32,000 bases of DNA from NCBI GenBank assembly GCA_028710695.1, contig JAQTTP010000002.1:90001-122000 (forward strand), in the 5' to 3' direction. This document shows positions 27,749 to 32,000 of the stretch, in pieces. How positions within the stretch are numbered: position 1 is the stretch's first letter; each line of letters opens with the position of its first letter. The translations under genes were made by a program, and so were the position numbers. Origin of the DNA: Candidatus Iainarchaeum sp. (GTDB lineage Archaea; Iainarchaeota; Iainarchaeia; Iainarchaeales; 0-14-0-20-30-16). Under the pieces are notes generated by a model. That model had not been told where the DNA came from, made no database searches, and was given only the letters and a program-made list of their open reading frames with translations.

Positions 27749-27821
27749 AGAAATATTCTTCTTCTTTTTCTTTTTTTTTATCTTATAGAGCAAGAACAGC
27801 GTTAGTCAGGCAAATTAAATA

Positions 27822-28184
27822 TTAAACTAACTCTAATTGTATTCTCTTTCCTGCGGAATCATAAACTGCAACCCTATCCAATGTGTATGGATAAGACACA
27901 ATTATATGTGCATTCCCTTCTGAAAAAAATGAGTGTTTATCTGCACTGCTAGGAGATGAATTCCCAGAGGGGTGTGAATGTATGGTTCCCACAATAGAAA
28001 AGTCTACTGGCTTTGTATGTTTATAATATGCAACCGAATCTTCTGTTTGATAAAATATTGGCACAGCAATAAAGTGGTCTATAACATCTTTTGTTTTTCC
28101 CAAATATGCAAAGAATTCATTAGGGTATGTTTGCTTACAGCCATCCAGTAAATCCAACAGCAAAATTCTAGACATTTTCTCCAT
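27822..28184 (-). CDS. MPN/JAB (JAMM) metalloprotease-domain protein
   Basis: JAMM signature HSHPSGNSSPSSAD (HxHx7Sx2D) plus an upstream Glu in PNEFFAYL. Confidence 0.9.
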   Translation of the reverse strand: MEKMSRILLLDLLDGCKQTYPNEFFAYLGKTKDVIDHFIAVPIFYQTEDSVAYYKHTKPVDFSIVGTIHSHPSGNSSPSSADKHSFFSEGNAHIIVSYPYTLDRVAVYDSAGKRIQLELV

Positions 28185-28231
28185 ATTAGTCTTTAGAAAA
28201 GAAGGTATTAAATATTAAAACCAAAGAAACA

Positions 28232-28762
28232 TTATTCTAATTTTACTGGCAAGTTTCTTACAAGACGATATAGTCTAAACACTTTGTCTGTATAGGCCTC
28301 GATAAACGCTTTTGCTGCTTTTTCTCCAAGAATTCTATTAAGTTCTAAGGCAGCATCATTTACTATTTTTATTTGGGCTTCTATTCCAACGTTTTGTGCC
28401 CCTATTGCTCGAATCATTCTTTCTGTTTTGTCAACAACACCAGCCATAACTTTATGTACTGCAACTCTTTTTTGGGAATCATACTTTACACTTAATCCCG
28501 CAGCATCTAATGCGTATTTAGTTGCAACTCTCGAAACAATTGGTTTTCGTCTTAAAGACATTTCCGGATTAACTTTTCCAAAATTAGTCATTAATGCTTC
28601 CCAAGGGTTGTGGCCATACACTTTCATAAGATCTTTTTCAGGATAAGTTACTTTATTTTGGATTGCGCCCAATATTCTTACAGTCATTGCTTCATCAGGC
28701 ATTCTTTCTCCAAACTTTTTAGTCCTGTTCCTATCAACCATTCGCTTAATAAATTCGACCAT
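28232..28762 (-). CDS. Small basic protein of unknown function
   Basis: 176-aa ORF, helical and basic (VDRNRTKKFGERMPDEAMTVRILGAIQNKVTYPEKDLMKVYG...); no motif recognised. Confidence 0.65.
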   Translation of the reverse strand: MVEFIKRMVDRNRTKKFGERMPDEAMTVRILGAIQNKVTYPEKDLMKVYGHNPWEALMTNFGKVNPEMSLRRKPIVSRVATKYALDAAGLSVKYDSQKRVAVHKVMAGVVDKTERMIRAIGAQNVGIEAQIKIVNDAALELNRILGEKAAKAFIEAYTDKVFRLYRLVRNLPVKLE

Positions 28763-28785
28763 AAGAAAACAGCCTGCATCAAATT

Positions 28786-29262
28786 CTAAATCTTAATTCT
28801 CATAACTTTTTGTGATTCTATAAACCCAAATTTCTTCCAGGCATCTACACCGATTCTATTATTTTTATCAACAACAACTTCAACATATTTTATTCTATGT
28901 TCTCTAAACCAATTCATAAGGGTTTCAAATAATTTTTTTCCTATTTTCATTCCACGATATTCTGCTAACAAATAACCATCATGCAAAAAACCCATTTGCT
29001 TAGTAACATATAATGCAGTAACAGTTTCAATTTCCCCAATATAAAATCCAATAACTTTTCTATGATATTCTGCGACCAAAATTTTAACCTTTGGGTTTTT
29101 CAAATTGTTTCTTAAAAATTTGTAAAATGCCTGGCTTGTATTTTCTCCACTTTTGTAAACCTTGCTATATCGCCTTAAATAATCAGACAATTCAGTATGC
29201 AAAGAAACCAATTCTCTTGTGTCCCGTTTATTAGCAGATCTAATCTTCACGCCCTTCTCCAT
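28786..29262 (-). CDS. GNAT-family N-acetyltransferase
   Basis: VAEYHRKVIGFYIGEIETVTALYVTKQMGFLHDGYLLAEYRGMKIGKKLFETLMNWFREHRIKYVEVVVDKNNRIGVDAWKKFGF. Confidence 0.88.
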   Translation of the reverse strand: MEKGVKIRSANKRDTRELVSLHTELSDYLRRYSKVYKSGENTSQAFYKFLRNNLKNPKVKILVAEYHRKVIGFYIGEIETVTALYVTKQMGFLHDGYLLAEYRGMKIGKKLFETLMNWFREHRIKYVEVVVDKNNRIGVDAWKKFGFIESQKVMRIKI

Positions 29263-29314
29263 AATATAAATACAACATATCCTTTTTTATTCTGATTTTT
29301 TTATTTTTTCTTAT

Positions 29315-29926
29315 ATGGTCTTAAAAGAATTGCGAGATTGGAATACAAAAAGAAGAATAAAATCCAGCAAAGAACTATCTTTATTTGCAATACAACATGC
29401 TCGTCGAATTCTAGAACAACGAAGGCCAGAATTATTACAAGAACTAAGAAAAACAACTAGAGAAGAAGTCATAAAACATGGCAACGGAAAAGGTTTTACC
29501 CTTGTATCGGTAGGGCAAAAAAGAACATTTGATCCAATAAGATATACTCACGCGGACGACTATCATCTAGAAGTCGGCCACGCGGGAGATGTTGCAAATT
29601 TTACCTACAAAAAAATAGGCAGAGTTATGCTATTTTCTGATTTAGCAGTAGGAAGATATCACAGAGAAAGCAACTTAAGAAGGCTTGGGATTGCAAAACT
29701 AATGGTTGACATTGCAAAGGAAATTGCACAAAGAGAAGGCCTAACATCAATAAGAATAAGCACTGAAAAAAAGCCATGGCTAAAAGATATGTATGAAAAG
29801 TTTGGATTTCTCACTCTCAGCAGGGCCCCAAATGGCGCAACAGAAATGGTTTATATTTTTGACAAAGCAATAAGAGACAAATTTGATCCAAGAGACCCAT
29901 ATGCAATTTTAAAATATTTAAGATGA
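29315..29926 (+). CDS. GNAT-like N-acetyltransferase-domain protein
   Basis: LAVGRYHRESNLRRLGIAKLMVDIAKEIAQREGLTSIRISTEKKPWLKDMYEKFGF matches GNAT motifs A/B. Confidence 0.75.
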   Translation: MVLKELRDWNTKRRIKSSKELSLFAIQHARRILEQRRPELLQELRKTTREEVIKHGNGKGFTLVSVGQKRTFDPIRYTHADDYHLEVGHAGDVANFTYKKIGRVMLFSDLAVGRYHRESNLRRLGIAKLMVDIAKEIAQREGLTSIRISTEKKPWLKDMYEKFGFLTLSRAPNGATEMVYIFDKAIRDKFDPRDPYAILKYLR

Positions 29927-29934
29927 GGCAATTC

Positions 29935-30690
29935 ATGAATAACAAACAATTCTACTCAACATACAATTATCCAAACCTAAAATACATTGGTAAAACTCAC
30001 ACAAATCTTATGAAAAAAATTCTTTCTTTTGCAAATATTTCTTTTTCTGACTTGCAAGGAAAGGATATTTTAGATGCTGGCTGTGGGACTGGAGACAAGT
30101 CAGTATTCTTTGCACTAAAAGGAGCAAAAATCACAAGCATTGATTTCTCTCCCGGACAATTACAGAAAGCACAAGAAAATGCAAAAGAGAATAAGGTAAA
30201 AATCAAAGCTCTTGAAATGGATATTCTGAATTTAGATTCAAAAAAGTTAGGAAAGTTTGATTATATTTTTTGTTTAGGAGTTCTACATCACACAGAAGAT
30301 GCAAAAAAAGGGTTTGAGAATCTCTGCAAGCTTCTAAAGCCAAATGGAATTATTGTAATTGCTTTATACCACAAATATGCGCGCCTAAAATACAGAATCA
30401 TTAGGGCCCTATTACGCCTTTTTGTTTCAAAAGATCCCGAAAAAATAATTTCTTTTTTGTTTTCAAAAAACTTTTTCGCAAAAAAGTTAAACACAATAAC
30501 TAAAGAAACTCTTTATGACAGGTATGCTGTTCCTTTTGAATCTTACCACACTTTGAGAGAAGTCAAGCAGTGGTTCAAACAAAATAAAATAACAGAAATA
30601 GGACACAGCGAAAATGTTAACGGCTTTGAACCGTTTAAAGTATTTGAAAGAAAAACTTTATTTTTTGTAAGTGGAACAAAACCCAAATAG
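29935..30690 (+). CDS. Class I SAM-dependent methyltransferase (UbiE/Methyltransf_11-like)
   Basis: GKDILDAGCGTGDKSVFFALKGAKITSIDFSPGQLQKAQENAK..FDYIFCLGVLHHTEDAKKGFENLCKLLKPNG. Start trimmed to the internal Met. Confidence 0.9.
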   Translation: MNNKQFYSTYNYPNLKYIGKTHTNLMKKILSFANISFSDLQGKDILDAGCGTGDKSVFFALKGAKITSIDFSPGQLQKAQENAKENKVKIKALEMDILNLDSKKLGKFDYIFCLGVLHHTEDAKKGFENLCKLLKPNGIIVIALYHKYARLKYRIIRALLRLFVSKDPEKIISFLFSKNFFAKKLNTITKETLYDRYAVPFESYHTLREVKQWFKQNKITEIGHSENVNGFEPFKVFERKTLFFVSGTKPK

Positions 30691-30739
30691 ACAAAAATCA
30701 ACCTGTTACCCTTATACAAAGAATAATTTCTCTATTTAG

Positions 30740-31423
30740 CTATTTCTTTCTAGTAGACGGAGCCAAATTATACAAAGACGAAACCCATTCTTTGTTTGTT
30801 GGTTTTTTTTCAGCCTTAATAGGGACAAAAAATGACATTGATTTTTTTTGTTTTGATTTGTTTTGGCTTTTTTTAAGCTTTATTTGTTTCTCTTTTTTTG
30901 GCTTTTGTTTTGTTCCTTTTCCTTTTGTTTTTTTTACTGCTTTTGCTTTATTATTAAACCAAATGCTCTCTTTCTTTTCTTCTTTTTTTGCAATTGTATT
31001 TTGTGGATTTGGATACTGCCTCATTACAACTTGCATCTCATCTGCAGGACTAAAGAATTTAAAATCTTTTGAGCTTCCAAAATGCGCTATCTTTACAGAA
31101 TATTTTTTTGATTCCAAATAATCTTTTAATTTCATTAAGATCTCAAAACTAAATTCATATGGCGGAATATTATAAGCCAGGTGTACAAAAGGCATAATTA
31201 TCACATTATTTGTTTTAAAGTGATCCGCCATTTCTCTTAAGTCTTTTCCAAAAGCGTCAAAATAATTCACATCTTCTTTTCCTTCAACAGTAATCCAAGG
31301 GCAAAGAACTTTCTTTTCTTTTATTTTTTTTGTGCTGTTCAACACATCCATACTAACATTACTGCCGTTAAGCTTACAATTTCCAATTTCTAATTTCTTA
31401 CAATACCAAATTAAAGCTTTCAT
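30740..31423 (-). CDS. Stand-alone archaeal threonyl-tRNA synthetase editing-domain-like protein with a Lys-rich tail
   Basis: LCPWITVEGKEDV...NNVIIMPFVHLAYNIPPYEFSFEILMKLKDYLESKKYSVKIAHFGSSKDFKFFSPADEMQVVMRQY follows the ThrRS-ED pattern (..VYPFAHLS..A.DIL..VY.GLKERGF.V.KAPFG..KAFKI....HPLAELSR). Confidence 0.65.
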   Translation of the reverse strand: MKALIWYCKKLEIGNCKLNGSNVSMDVLNSTKKIKEKKVLCPWITVEGKEDVNYFDAFGKDLREMADHFKTNNVIIMPFVHLAYNIPPYEFSFEILMKLKDYLESKKYSVKIAHFGSSKDFKFFSPADEMQVVMRQYPNPQNTIAKKEEKKESIWFNNKAKAVKKTKGKGTKQKPKKEKQIKLKKSQNKSKQKKSMSFFVPIKAEKKPTNKEWVSSLYNLAPSTRKK

Positions 31424-31427
31424 TTAA

Positions 31428-32000
31428 TCACCTTATTAAACTTTCAATCATTTCTTTTGGTTTCTTTATTTTCAAATAATCCAATATTGTTGGAGCAATG
31501 TTTCCTAATACTCCATTACTCTGCAACTTTATTTTTTTTCCTTCTTCAGAAATGAAAATAAATGGAACTTTATTTAAAGTATGTGATGTATGCGGGTTCC
31601 CATTCTTATCAATCATTTGCTCTATATTTCCATGATCCGCAGTTATAATCCAAACCCATTTTTTTAGGTCTAATTTTTTATAAATCTCTTTCAAGCAAAA
31701 ATCCAGGGTCTTTACTGCCTTTATTCCTGCTTTCAGATTTCCAGTATGCCCCACCATATCCCCATTTGCATAATTTTGTATAATAATATTAAATTTATTT
31801 TTCTTTATTGCATTAGTTACATATTCTGTAATTTCTTTTGCCGACATTTCTGGCTCCAGGTCATAAGTTCTAACCCGCGGAGATGAAATTATTTTTCTTG
31901 TTTCACCCTTAAAAGGATTTTCCTTTTTCCCAGAGAAAAAGTAAGTTACATGCGCATATTTTTCTGATTCTGCAATTCTTAACTGTGTTAATCCTGCTTT
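31428..32000 (-). CDS. gpmI: 2,3-bisphosphoglycerate-independent phosphoglycerate mutase, C-terminal part; 5' end is off the right edge
   Basis: The frame stays open to base 32000: KAGLTQLRIAESEKYAHVTYFFSGKKENPFKGETRKIISSPRVRTYDLEPEMSAKEITEYV...IIQNYANGDMVGHTGNLKAGIKAV...WIITADHGNIEQM..NPHTSHTLNKVPF. Confidence 0.93.
   Translation of the reverse strand, partial: KAGLTQLRIAESEKYAHVTYFFSGKKENPFKGETRKIISSPRVRTYDLEPEMSAKEITEYVTNAIKKNKFNIIIQNYANGDMVGHTGNLKAGIKAVKTLDFCLKEIYKKLDLKKWVWIITADHGNIEQMIDKNGNPHTSHTLNKVPFIFISEEGKKIKLQSNGVLGNIAPTILDYLKIKKPKEMIESLIR

Noticed and set aside
28232-28762. Possible ribosomal protein S7
   Set aside because: The size and basic character suggested it, but the sequence does not follow the S7 motifs I can recall.
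18858-31121. Small ORFs 18858, 19797, 20911, 22690, 23301, 25213, 26590, 26953, 28428, 29997, 30288, 30792 and 30863
   Set aside because: Each overlaps a better-supported gene on the opposite strand and encodes no recognisable domain.
31428-31847. Truncated phosphoglycerate mutase pseudogene
   Set aside because: The listed start is an internal Met; the frame continues open to base 32000, so it is simply cut by the window edge.
1-32000. CRISPR array, transposon or defence island
   Set aside because: No regularly spaced direct repeats, transposase, Cas or restriction-modification motifs were found.

Overview
Archaeal chromosomal window, probably from a DPANN-type lineage: it has TFB, archaeal-style GspE/FlaJ secretion genes, a class III prepilin-like protein, a pre-tRNA with a candidate intron at 37/38, and TATA/BRE-like promoters. 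Most genes from 1 to 17.6 kb are on the minus strand. Main content: (i) a partial LPG-synthase-TM/UPF0104-like gene and an FAD oxidoreductase; (ii) a MacB-type ABC ATPase, two paralogous permeases and an S-layer/CARDB-like membrane protein; (iii) two tRNAs, one with a 66-nt candidate intron, set among short perfect hairpins and repeated segments; (iv) a compact minus-strand block with a thioredoxin-like protein, a processive GT2 glycosyltransferase, two paralogous sulfatase/LTA-synthase-fold membrane proteins, a TadA/B/C-like assembly module, and a protein with duplicated DsbA-like domains; (v) TFB, an unknown protein and a NUDIX hydrolase; (vi) a second secretion/pilus module with a prepilin-like protein, a double-T2SF platform protein and a GspE-family ATPase with an N-terminal Cys segment; (vii) a methyltransferase, rubrerythrin, JAMM protein, two GNATs, a second methyltransferase, a stand-alone threonyl-tRNA-synthetase-editing-domain-like protein and the C-terminal part of a phosphoglycerate mutase. 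The best candidate for an undescribed system is the surface-polymer/secretion/thiol-redox block at about 7.3-17.6 kb. No CRISPR array or transposase was seen. All family calls come from reading motifs, with no database search.
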